Below are positions 39,777-48,426 of a stretch of DNA of 64,000 nucleotides, in pieces; position 1 is the stretch's first letter; each line of letters opens with the position of its first letter. This DNA is from Vicinamibacteria bacterium (GTDB lineage Bacteria; Acidobacteriota; Vicinamibacteria; Marinacidobacterales; Marinacidobacteraceae). Under the pieces are notes generated by a model. That model had not been told where the DNA came from and did not search any database. It saw nothing but the letters and a program-made list of their open reading frames with translations. The position numbers were made by a program, and so were the translations under genes. The stretch covers positions 2,272,001 through 2,336,000 of the forward strand of contig OY729431.1 in assembly GCA_963422395.1 (NCBI GenBank), written 5' to 3'.

Positions 39777-42700
39777 CTAGAAGGTGACCTTGGCCATGAA
39801 CTGGAAGGTTCTCGGATAGCCGCGGGTGCCGGGAATGCTTCCGAAGTTGCTGTTGCCGAGCACCGTGCGGGGGCCGCGCCAATTCACATGGTTGAAGAGA
39901 TCGATGAATTCGAAACGCAGGGTCAGGTTCATGTCCTCGTAGAGGCTCGTCGTCTTCTCGAGCGAGACATCCCAGTTGAGGAGCACCGGACTGCGCACCG
40001 AATCAGTGGTCTGGGGCGCATTACTCAGGGTCAACCCTTCTGTGAGGCCGGCATCTCCGGCGGAGAGATAGCTCGTGTGGCTTCCCTTCGGGTTCCCGCC
40101 ACCGCTCACATTCGCGCTCGTGGGGCGCTGGTGGTCGAAACCGTAGGCACTCAACGGGTTCGAGTTCTGGGTGATCACCAGCGGGAAACCGCTCCGCATG
40201 ATCGTGACCACCGAGAGTGCCCATCCGCCGAAGATCGGGTTGTCCCCCGGCGTCCGGTAGGTGCCGTTGATGTTCATCTGGTGCGGGACATGGACCCGTG
40301 ACGGACCGTAGTCGGCGTCGAACACCGGACACTTCCCGTAGGCGCATTCATCCGGAGTGTTGTAGATCGTGCCCGTCTCGTTCTCCAGCAGCTGGTTGTT
40401 CTCGTAGATGTTGTCGTCGTGCTTCGTGAAGGTGTAGTTGATGCGCGCTCCCCAGTTCCCTCGGAAACGCTTCTCGAATTCGACCCGGAGGGCGTTGTAG
40501 AGCGACTTCCCGGAGCTCACATGGCGGGCGAGGACATCCCGGAAGTGCGGATAGGGCCGCAAGAGCTGGCCGAGCGGAAGGGTCTTTTCGCTCGAGAAGC
40601 TGCCGAAGCGGGAATCGCCGTAGAACGGATTGGGATACTGGTCGTTCAACCGCTCCCCGAGCGACAGGTACTGGTCCGCAAGCTGGTTGATGTTGACCAC
40701 CGAGTTGTTCGTGCCGCCGATCGGGATGTCCGCCCCCTGGCTGCCGACATAGCCGATCTTCACCGCCAGGTCGTTCCCGATGTCGCGCTGGATATCCAGC
40801 GACCACTTGTTGATGTAGGGGGAGGCCCGGAACTGTTCGTTGAAATAGACGCCCTGGCCGATGTTCTGAAAACGGCCGTTCCCGTTCCCGACCGGATTTC
40901 CGATTCCGTCCGGGAAGGGATTCGAGGCGGTCGCCCGCGGAGGAGTGCGGCCGTCCAGACTGGTCTGCAGATCGGTCACCTCGGTATAGCCGTAGGTTCC
41001 GAGATGCGTCGCACCCGTACCGCTGGGAATCGCATAGGGGGCCCAGAACAGCGCGTAGCCGCCGCGGATGACGGTTTCCGGGTTGATGGTGTAGGCGAAA
41101 CCGACCCGCGGCCCGAGCTTGATCGATGGGGGATCCCACTGGTGGGTGGGATTGCCGTCGATGCCCGCATACATGAGGCCGCCGCGGAGCGGGAAGCCGG
41201 GGAGCGTCCCTTCGAGGCTCGGATCCAGCGCGGCCTGGAGCGGGAACGGGTTCGCCCGGTCCCAGCCGACCGCGAAGCCGTCGTCGTCCTCCATGAGGCC
41301 GGACTCGTGCTCCAGGCGAAGGCCGAGGTTCAGAACCAGGTTCTGGCTGGGGCGCCAGTCGTCCTGCACGAAGCCGCCGAAGTAGTCGATGTACACATCG
41401 GCCGCTTCGGCGATGGTGGCGCTGCCGCCGTCCGGAATTCCGAGCAGCAGGTCGGCCATCGCACTGCCGGAGCCGCTCTCCGGTGCCGTGGGGTTCGGCC
41501 CCTGGGTGAACTTCTGGGCGAAGGACATCGAGAAACCGTTCTCGAAGCTCGCCGCGTGGAGGCCCATGCGCCGCCACTGACCCCCGTACTTCAGGGTGTG
41601 GTTGCCGAGGAACTGCGAGTAGGTGCCGCTGACCTCGCGCGAAGTCCACTGGACATCGGTGTTGGACCAGGATCCGTGCGTCGAGCCGCCGTCACCGAAG
41701 TTGGACACGGTGATGGACGGGAACTGCCCTTCGTAGCCCGCCTGCCCGTAGATCTGGCTGAGAAAGCTGCCCTGGATTCCGAGTTCGCTCGAGATCTGGT
41801 CCTGCGAATACACCGGATTGATCACCGAATCGTTGAAGTACATCTGCCCGTAGCGCAGCGTCAGGACCGACGAGTCGCCCACCACGAAGGTGTTGTTCAG
41901 GGCGACGGTATGCACATCGCGGAGCAGGTCGGCGGCGCCGATCCCGTACGCGGGCGCGCTGTCGGCTCCCAAAAGGTCCGTGTACTGCTGGAAGGCGCCC
42001 TCCTTCGAGGTGTAGTAGAGGTAGGTGCCGGAGAATTGCCAAGAGTCGGAAAAGGTGTGGCTCAGGTTGCCGTCGGCCTGCAAGGCGGTCGTGGTCTGGG
42101 CTCCCGAGGAACTGATCGGGCCGCCCGGCCCCAGGCTGGTGAGCAACTGGGCGAGCCCCCGGCCCGCCGGATCGATCATGTTGGCCGGAATCACATTCCC
42201 GGGGAAGGGCTTGCGGTTGCCGTTCGCATCGAGATCGAAGGGGTTGTAGATCGTCATCCCGCTCCCGGAGAAGTCACCCGCCGCCTCGGCCGCGGTGGGG
42301 ATGATGACTTCGGTGTTGTCGGCGAGGAGATCCTTGAATCCCTCGGAGGACACCCAGAAGAAGGTGCGGTCGCGGATGATGGGGCCGCCGAACGAACCGG
42401 CGCCCAACTTGAAGGGGCGCGCCGCATATTCCTTCGCATTCTGCTCTTCGGACGACAGGGCGTCGTACGCCACCTGGTCGGTGTAGGAGAGCGCGCGCCA
42501 GAATGTGTTCACATCGCCCGGCCGGTGCTGGTAGGCGGCGGCGCCGCCCCAGTTGTTCGTGCCGCTCCGGGAGATCACATTGAAGACCCCGCCTCCGGTG
42601 CGGCCCATCTCGGCGTCGTAGGTGTTGACCTGCACCTTCATCTCCTGGACCGCGTCGAAGATCGGGACGATCGCCGTGCGGTTCCGCAAGTCGGTCGTGG

Positions 42701-43301
42701 AGACACCGTCCACGGTGTAGTTGTTGCCGCGCAGCGGACCGCCGCCGAGGGATAGCAACGAGGAGTTCGTCTGGTCGGACTGCTTCACCCAGACCGGGTT
42801 GCCGGTGTGGACGACATTCGGGGTTCCGACCGCGAGGATGAACACATTCCGGCCCGGAGTGGGCAGGACCTCCAGCTCCGCCCGGCTCACTGCCGAAGCG
42901 ACCGAAGCAGTGGCGGTCTCGATCAGCGGGGTCTCGCCGGTGACGGTCACCGTCTCCTCGATGCCGCCGATGGAAAGCGAGACATCCACCACCAGGAACG
43001 AGGACACCCCGACGATGAGGCCTTCGCTCACGAATGGGGCGAAGCCGCTCAGCTCGGCGCGCAGAGCGTAGGTGCCGGGCTGGACATTGGCGAAGGAGTA
43101 CTCGCCCACCGCGTTCGAAACCGCGGTCCGGGAAACACCGGTGTCTTCGTTGTCGAGCGTCACCGAGACGCCGGGAAGGACGCCCCCGTCGGCGTCCTGG
43201 ATCACGCCGCGGACGCCGCCCTGGAAGGTCTGGGCGAATGCGCCCGACGCAAGTCCGAGAGCGCCGAGCACCGCGGCGGTTCTAAACAGAAACGATCTCA
43301 T
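39777..43301 (-). CDS. TonB-dependent receptor (Oar-type, N-terminal carboxypeptidase-regulatory-like domain)
   Basis: CAGGAGG RBS and signal peptide. Motifs G.I.D..G.VLPGV.VT, YDAEMGR.GG, FVQDDW....LVLNLGLR, GPRVGFAY, and terminal R..Q...K.TF. Confidence 0.93.
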   Translation of the reverse strand: MRSFLFRTAAVLGALGLASGAFAQTFQGGVRGVIQDADGGVLPGVSVTLDNEDTGVSRTAVSNAVGEYSFANVQPGTYALRAELSGFAPFVSEGLIVGVSSFLVVDVSLSIGGIEETVTVTGETPLIETATASVASAVSRAELEVLPTPGRNVFILAVGTPNVVHTGNPVWVKQSDQTNSSLLSLGGGPLRGNNYTVDGVSTTDLRNRTAIVPIFDAVQEMKVQVNTYDAEMGRTGGGVFNVISRSGTNNWGGAAAYQHRPGDVNTFWRALSYTDQVAYDALSSEEQNAKEYAARPFKLGAGSFGGPIIRDRTFFWVSSEGFKDLLADNTEVIIPTAAEAAGDFSGSGMTIYNPFDLDANGNRKPFPGNVIPANMIDPAGRGLAQLLTSLGPGGPISSSGAQTTTALQADGNLSHTFSDSWQFSGTYLYYTSKEGAFQQYTDLLGADSAPAYGIGAADLLRDVHTVALNNTFVVGDSSVLTLRYGQMYFNDSVINPVYSQDQISSELGIQGSFLSQIYGQAGYEGQFPSITVSNFGDGGSTHGSWSNTDVQWTSREVSGTYSQFLGNHTLKYGGQWRRMGLHAASFENGFSMSFAQKFTQGPNPTAPESGSGSAMADLLLGIPDGGSATIAEAADVYIDYFGGFVQDDWRPSQNLVLNLGLRLEHESGLMEDDDGFAVGWDRANPFPLQAALDPSLEGTLPGFPLRGGLMYAGIDGNPTHQWDPPSIKLGPRVGFAYTINPETVIRGGYALFWAPYAIPSGTGATHLGTYGYTEVTDLQTSLDGRTPPRATASNPFPDGIGNPVGNGNGRFQNIGQGVYFNEQFRASPYINKWSLDIQRDIGNDLAVKIGYVGSQGADIPIGGTNNSVVNINQLADQYLSLGERLNDQYPNPFYGDSRFGSFSSEKTLPLGQLLRPYPHFRDVLARHVSSGKSLYNALRVEFEKRFRGNWGARINYTFTKHDDNIYENNQLLENETGTIYNTPDECAYGKCPVFDADYGPSRVHVPHQMNINGTYRTPGDNPIFGGWALSVVTIMRSGFPLVITQNSNPLSAYGFDHQRPTSANVSGGGNPKGSHTSYLSAGDAGLTEGLTLSNAPQTTDSVRSPVLLNWDVSLEKTTSLYEDMNLTLRFEFIDLFNHVNWRGPRTVLGNSNFGSIPGTRGYPRTFQFMAKVTF

Positions 43302-43745
43302 GAGTCCCTCCTGGGTCCGAATCGAGTTCATGAGCGTGAGGCCCGGCGAAGCGGACGATCCACGAACGAAAAGTGCGAAGCCGGCGAGAAAGCCGATGAG
43401 GCAGTCTGAAAATCACAGGCAAGAGGCGAGACGGTACCGGATTCGGCATCCACCCGCAAGCAAGCGATAGAGCAAACGCCGGACCGAACCGCCGGAGGCG
43501 CCGTGCCACCACACGAAATTCAACGCAATTCATTCGAGTCATAGTATTTTCAACAAACCTCGCGACTCATGGAGAGGCCGGAGCAGAACGGGCGGAATCC
43601 GGCAGGCCGAATTCCCGGTGCGATGGACTCCAACGGCCCGGATGCCGTGAGCGGCGCGCCTTGCTCCCTGCCCGCAGCCAGCGGACGCCGCCGCTCCCGG
43701 AAGGTGCGGCTCGGGCGGCCGAGGCTCCGGTCGCTGCGAGGGCGG

Positions 43746-44939
43746 CTAGCGTCCCGGGGCCGAGGAGCCGAGGGCCGCCATCCGGGCGAAGAAATCGGCG
43801 TGGCCGGCGAGGATGCGTTCTTCGGCCTCGCGGTTCGGATCGAGGGACCACTCGCCCCGCTCGCGGGTGCCGCCGAGCAGGATCCCGTCGGCGCGCGGCA
43901 TCATGTAGAGGCCCTGGTTCAGGGCGATGTAACGGATCTCGGGCTGGGGGAGGAGAACGGTGAGCTGACCCTTGAGGGGAATCAGCTCCTCGTCCCCGGT
44001 CAGCGCACGGGCGCCGATCCCCGTGCAATTGACCACTCGGTGCTCAGGGAGGGCTGCGATCTCGTCGAGAGAACGGAAATCGCGGATCCGCAGACTGCCT
44101 CCCGCGAGCTGGAAGTCGCGCATCAGCGCGCCGAGATAGATCGGCGGCTCGATCATCATCGTGTGGAACTGGCGGGCGTAGCGGGACGGGAAGGGATGCG
44201 TCCCGGGCGCGAGGTCGCGGCTGTCGGGGAAGAGGTCCGCGAGGGGTTCGGGGCCGACCGGGCCGCCGAAGGGGATCTCGCTCAGCGGGTAGTTGGGCAG
44301 CCAATGGACGCCGTAGCGGGCGCCCACCAGGTTCTGGAAGATCCGATGGGCGATCCGGGCGGCGCGCTCGAAGCGGATCTGGAAAGCATCGGTGTGGACC
44401 CGCGGATCGGAGATCGAGAACGGCGACCATTGGGCGCAGGCCACATTGGAGGTCGTGCGCGGGGGCAGCTCCTTCGTATAGATCGTGACCTGCACGCCGC
44501 GGCGCTGGAGCAGCCGGGCGCTGGCGAGGCCGACGGCGCCGCAGCCGATCACTGCCGCCCGAGCGGGAGGCGGCCCCTCGCCGAGCAACTCCTCGACCGC
44601 GAGCCAGGCGGTCCCCCAGGACAGGGAGACCCCGCCGCCGCCGTGGCCGTAGTTGTGGACGAGGGTGCGCCCGCCCCCGAGGTCCTCGGCTTCGACCCGG
44701 AAGCCCGCCGGACGGAAGGGCCGGAGCCCGACCACCGTGCGGATGACCCGCTCGCGGGAGACTCTCACCGGTGGGAGCCGAAACGCGGATTCGGGCGGGG
44801 CATCGGGCGTCATCAGCGGCCGGCCGGCACAGGCGGCTGCGGCCCCGGCGGCGAAACCGGAAGCGAGCCTTCCCGCGGCCCCCAGAAGCCGCCGGCGAGA
44901 AACGGGCGCTTCCACCGGAGAGATTTCGAGCGGAAGCAT
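43746..44939 (-). CDS. D-amino acid oxidase-like FAD oxidoreductase with Tat (lipo)protein signal
   Basis: SRRRLLG...AAAAC at the N-terminus. The GLRP.R and HNYGHGGGG.SLSWG motifs come before the VIGCGAVGL Rossmann motif. Also VVNCTGIGA and P.KGQ. Start approximate. Confidence 0.87.
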   Translation of the reverse strand: MLPLEISPVEAPVSRRRLLGAAGRLASGFAAGAAAACAGRPLMTPDAPPESAFRLPPVRVSRERVIRTVVGLRPFRPAGFRVEAEDLGGGRTLVHNYGHGGGGVSLSWGTAWLAVEELLGEGPPPARAAVIGCGAVGLASARLLQRRGVQVTIYTKELPPRTTSNVACAQWSPFSISDPRVHTDAFQIRFERAARIAHRIFQNLVGARYGVHWLPNYPLSEIPFGGPVGPEPLADLFPDSRDLAPGTHPFPSRYARQFHTMMIEPPIYLGALMRDFQLAGGSLRIRDFRSLDEIAALPEHRVVNCTGIGARALTGDEELIPLKGQLTVLLPQPEIRYIALNQGLYMMPRADGILLGGTRERGEWSLDPNREAEERILAGHADFFARMAALGSSAPGR

Positions 44940-45015
44940 CGGAAGCGGCTTCGACAAGCCTCCTATACTAAGACCGTCCGGCAGCGAAGCTCCGGCCACA
45001 CGGGAGGCGGACACC

Positions 45016-45741
45016 ATGGATCGCAGACTCTTTCTGAAAGCGGCGGCGGCGGTGAGCGGCGCGGGGATCGTCGGGGTGAACGACCGTGCCGAAGCGCTGG
45101 AACACGAGATGATCCGGCTGCTCGAAGCGCCGGAACGTCCCTCGCTCGGGCGGTCCGAAGGCGATTCGCCCCTCGCTCCGATGCCGGAGAAACCCACGCT
45201 GGTGGACTTCTTCGAACACCGGTTCGCACCGGCCTCCCATGTGCTGCAAAGCGCCACCCGGGCCATGGAGCACGGGATGAGCGAGGAGATCGTCCTCGCC
45301 TGCCTGCTCCACGACCTCTCGGTGATGAATCTGGTGCGTGCCGACCACGGTTGGTGGTGTGCGCAGATGATCGAGCCGTATGTCCCCGAGCGGGTGGCGT
45401 GGGCCATCCGGTATCACCAGGCGCTCCGCTTCTTCCCCGACCCGTCGGTGGGTTACGAGTATCCCGAGATGTATGTCCGGATGTTCGGGGCCGACCATGA
45501 GCCCGAGCCCTACATCCACGCGGCGCACGACTACGCCCGGAACCACCAGTGGTACATGGACGCGCGATCCATCACGATGCACGACGACTACAGTTTCGAC
45601 CCGGACGCCGAGGTCTCCATCGACCCGTTCGTGGACATCATCGGCCGTCACTTCCGCCAGCCGAAGGAAGGGCTCGGCTTCGACAACAGCCCCGTCGCCC
45701 ACATGTGGCGGACGATGATCGACCCCCGCCGCCGACTGTAG
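45016..45741 (+). CDS. Tat-exported HD-domain-like protein
   Basis: GGAGG RBS and MDRRLFLK. Metal-ligand pattern H.LQ.AT.A ... LLHD ... H ... H ... DD. Confidence 0.78.
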   Translation: MDRRLFLKAAAAVSGAGIVGVNDRAEALEHEMIRLLEAPERPSLGRSEGDSPLAPMPEKPTLVDFFEHRFAPASHVLQSATRAMEHGMSEEIVLACLLHDLSVMNLVRADHGWWCAQMIEPYVPERVAWAIRYHQALRFFPDPSVGYEYPEMYVRMFGADHEPEPYIHAAHDYARNHQWYMDARSITMHDDYSFDPDAEVSIDPFVDIIGRHFRQPKEGLGFDNSPVAHMWRTMIDPRRRL

Positions 45742-45762
45742 CGGCAGCGGGGGAAGGGTGCG

Positions 45763-47064
45763 TCACCGGTCGAGGCGGCGCAGGACTCCGTAGACCAGCG
45801 CTCCGGCGCTGGCGGTGGCGAGGCCGAACAGGGACTCGACGGGGCGTTCCGCGAGGGTATAGCCGAGGGTCCAGACGCTCATCGCGAGGAAGAACAGCGG
45901 AATCCACGGGTGGAGCGGGGCGCGGAAGCGGCCCTGGACCGCTCCCCGGACGCGGCCCCGGCGCAGGGGGAACACTCCGGCGACGGTGACCGCCGTCATC
46001 AGATTCAGGGTGAACCCGGCGTAGAGGAGGATCTGTTCGAAGGTCCCCGAGTACAGGAGCAGCAGGGTCACTGCGAGCTGGAGGAGCAGGCCGCGGTGAG
46101 GAACGCCGCCCGGGCCGGTGCGGCCCAGGGGTCTCAGCAGAGGCTCGTCCTCCCCCATCGCGCGGATCACCCGCGGCCCCAGGAAAACCATCGCACTGAC
46201 CGTCGAAGCGAGGACGAGCGCGATTACCGCGGCCATGATCCGCCCCCCGGAGGCACCCAGGATGCGGTCGGCGGCGAGGTAACCGATCTCGATCCGGCCG
46301 GCGAGTTCGTCCAGCGGCACCGCCCGCAGGATCACGAAGTTGACGAGGACATAGAGAAGGGTGACCAGCAGGGTTCCGGCGACGAGCGCCCGGGCGAGGC
46401 GTTCGGGACGCCGCAGGTCCCCGACGATGTACACGGCGGCGTTCCAGCCGGTGTAGGCGTAGGAGACGAAAACGAGCGAAACCGCGAAACCCGGGCTCGC
46501 CAGGAGGCCCGGATCCCCCGGCCGGAGTTCGAGGGGAGTCGAGATGCCCGCGGCCAGCAGCCCGAGAACGCAGAAGACGGCGACCACCAGGATCTTCACC
46601 GCGGTGAGCAGGTTGTTGATCCCGCTCCCCCAGCGGACCGGAAGGGAATGCACCGCAGTGAAGAGGAGGACTGCGGCGGCGGCGCCGTGGGTCGGCTCGA
46701 TCCCGGGGACCACCGGCTGCAGGTAGGTGGCCATCGCCACCGCGGCGAGGGCGGTCGGCGCCGCAAAGCCGACCGTTGCCGAAACACAGCCGGCGGCGAA
46801 TCCCGCCGCCGGATGGAGAGTGCGGCGGAGCAGCGCGTACTCACCGCCGGAGTGCGGGAGCGCCGCACCGAGTTCGCCGTACACCAGGGCTCCGGCGAGC
46901 GCCACCATGCCCCCGACGACCCAGAGGAGGAGCGCGGGGAAGGCGGACGGGACCGCGGCCACCTGGAAGCCGAGGCTCGTGAACACCCCGGTCCCGATCA
47001 TGTTCGCCACCACGAAGAGGGCAGCGGTTCCCGTGGAAAGGCCGAGGGCGGCGGCGCGGGTCAG
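45763..47064 (-). CDS. APC-family amino acid permease
   Basis: Motifs NMIGTGVF, YGELG...P.SGGEY and YAYTGWN, with ~12 TM segments. The first TM continues upstream of GTG 47013, so CTG 47064 with a GAGGA SD is proposed as start. Confidence 0.9.
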   Translation of the reverse strand: MTRAAALGLSTGTAALFVVANMIGTGVFTSLGFQVAAVPSAFPALLLWVVGGMVALAGALVYGELGAALPHSGGEYALLRRTLHPAAGFAAGCVSATVGFAAPTALAAVAMATYLQPVVPGIEPTHGAAAAVLLFTAVHSLPVRWGSGINNLLTAVKILVVAVFCVLGLLAAGISTPLELRPGDPGLLASPGFAVSLVFVSYAYTGWNAAVYIVGDLRRPERLARALVAGTLLVTLLYVLVNFVILRAVPLDELAGRIEIGYLAADRILGASGGRIMAAVIALVLASTVSAMVFLGPRVIRAMGEDEPLLRPLGRTGPGGVPHRGLLLQLAVTLLLLYSGTFEQILLYAGFTLNLMTAVTVAGVFPLRRGRVRGAVQGRFRAPLHPWIPLFFLAMSVWTLGYTLAERPVESLFGLATASAGALVYGVLRRLDR

Positions 47065-47155
47065 GGTTCTGGATTCCTCGGTGTCTCGTCGGGATTTCGG
47101 CGGCGGGCGGAAACAGCCTCCCCGGAAGCAGCGGTCCGGCGATCGGCTCCGGCGG

Positions 47156-47653
47156 TCAGCGAGCCGCGATCATGTCGATTTCGAGCAGCGCGCCGAGCGG
47201 GATGGCCGCCACTGCGACCGTGGTCCGGACCGGCGGCACCGCCCCTTCGGGGAAATAGGAGGCGTACACCTCGTTCATCGCAGCGAAGTCTTCGACATCG
47301 GCGAGAAACACCCCGGTCCGGACCACATCCCCGAATCCGAGGCCGGCCTCTTCCAGGACTGCCTGGAGGTTTTGCATCACCTGGTGGGTCTGCTCGCTGA
47401 TCCCGCCTTCGACCAAGCCTCCCCCTCCGGGATCGAGAGCGATCTGCCCGGCGAGGAACACGAAGCCGGAGACCTCCACCCCCGCCGAATAGGGACCGAC
47501 GGGGGGAATGCGGCCGTTCCACCGAATCTTCGTCGGCGCGGGATCCTCGGCGGCAGGAGCCGGGGGCGGCGGCGAACAGGAGAGCGCAACTCCGAGAGCG
47601 GCGAGCGCCGACAGCGCGCCGGGCAAGAGGGAGCGAGTGGAGAAGGAACGCAT
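47156..47653 (-). CDS. RidA/YjgF family enamine/imine deaminase with predicted lipoprotein signal
   Basis: Motifs GPYS, LAGQI, QT.QV..NL..VL, MNEVY..YF, P.RT and LEID. GGAGG RBS and N-terminal LAALGVALS-C. Confidence 0.9.
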   Translation of the reverse strand: MRSFSTRSLLPGALSALAALGVALSCSPPPPAPAAEDPAPTKIRWNGRIPPVGPYSAGVEVSGFVFLAGQIALDPGGGGLVEGGISEQTHQVMQNLQAVLEEAGLGFGDVVRTGVFLADVEDFAAMNEVYASYFPEGAVPPVRTTVAVAAIPLGALLEIDMIAAR

Positions 47654-47699
47654 GGAGAAGCCTCCGCGGAAACCGCCGGATGGTACCCGGCTCCCGCGC

Positions 47700-48388
47700 G
47701 CGGTTGGGGAGCGGGGCGTGATGGTTGCGTCTCGCATCCTCGTGGGACGAACGGGACGCCCCGCTCCCCAACCGCCCGGCGGCTCCGCGCCGGGAATCGC
47801 ACTCCTGCCGCACAACGAGTTCCCCACACTCGGTTCGCGTCCAAACTGAACCGGGGCGGCAGCGAGTCCGATTCGAAGTCACCATTCTGTGAACGGGGGT
47901 GAACCCCCTTTCACACTTTCCCCCGCTGCGCCGCGCCCGAGCCACAGCCTCGGGCGCAACAGGTGTTTTTCTGGCCACGGTCAGGAGTCGCAGCTCTCTC
48001 GGGCGGGGCGTGATGTCAGGTTGCGTCTCGCATCCTCGTGGGACGAACGGGACGCCCCGCTCCCCAACCGCCCGGCGCTCCGCGCCGGGAATCGCACTCC
48101 TGCCGCACAACGAGTTCCCCACACTCGGTTCGCGTCCAAACTGAACCGGGGCGGCAGCGAGTCCGATTCGAAGTCACCATTCTGTGAACGGGGGTGAACC
48201 CCCTTTCACACTTTCCCCCGCTCCGACGCGCCCGAGCCACAGCCTCGGGCGCAACAGCTGTTTTCTGGCCACGGTCAGGAGTCGCAGCTCTCTCGGGCGG
48301 GGCGTGATGTCAGGTTGCGTCTCGCATCCTCGTGGGACGAACGGGACGCCCCGCTCCCCAACCGCCCGGCGCTCCGCGCCGGGAATCG
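47700..48388. repeat. Tandem repeat, ~294-bp unit x 2.3, rich in inverted repeats
   Basis: Unit starts at 47711, 48003 and 48297, with near-identical copies. Perfect 20-bp inverted repeat at 47700-47719/47756-47775. Confidence 0.93.
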
Positions 48389-48426
48389 GATTCCAAGCCA
48401 CCGTTTCACGGATACCATTCCGGCTC

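Noticed and set aside
47654-48426. N-terminal extensions of the Rid (to 47827) and DinB (from 48184) ORFs
   Set aside because: The extensions are read from the tandem repeat. Better starts with SD or -10 support exist at 47653 and 48427.
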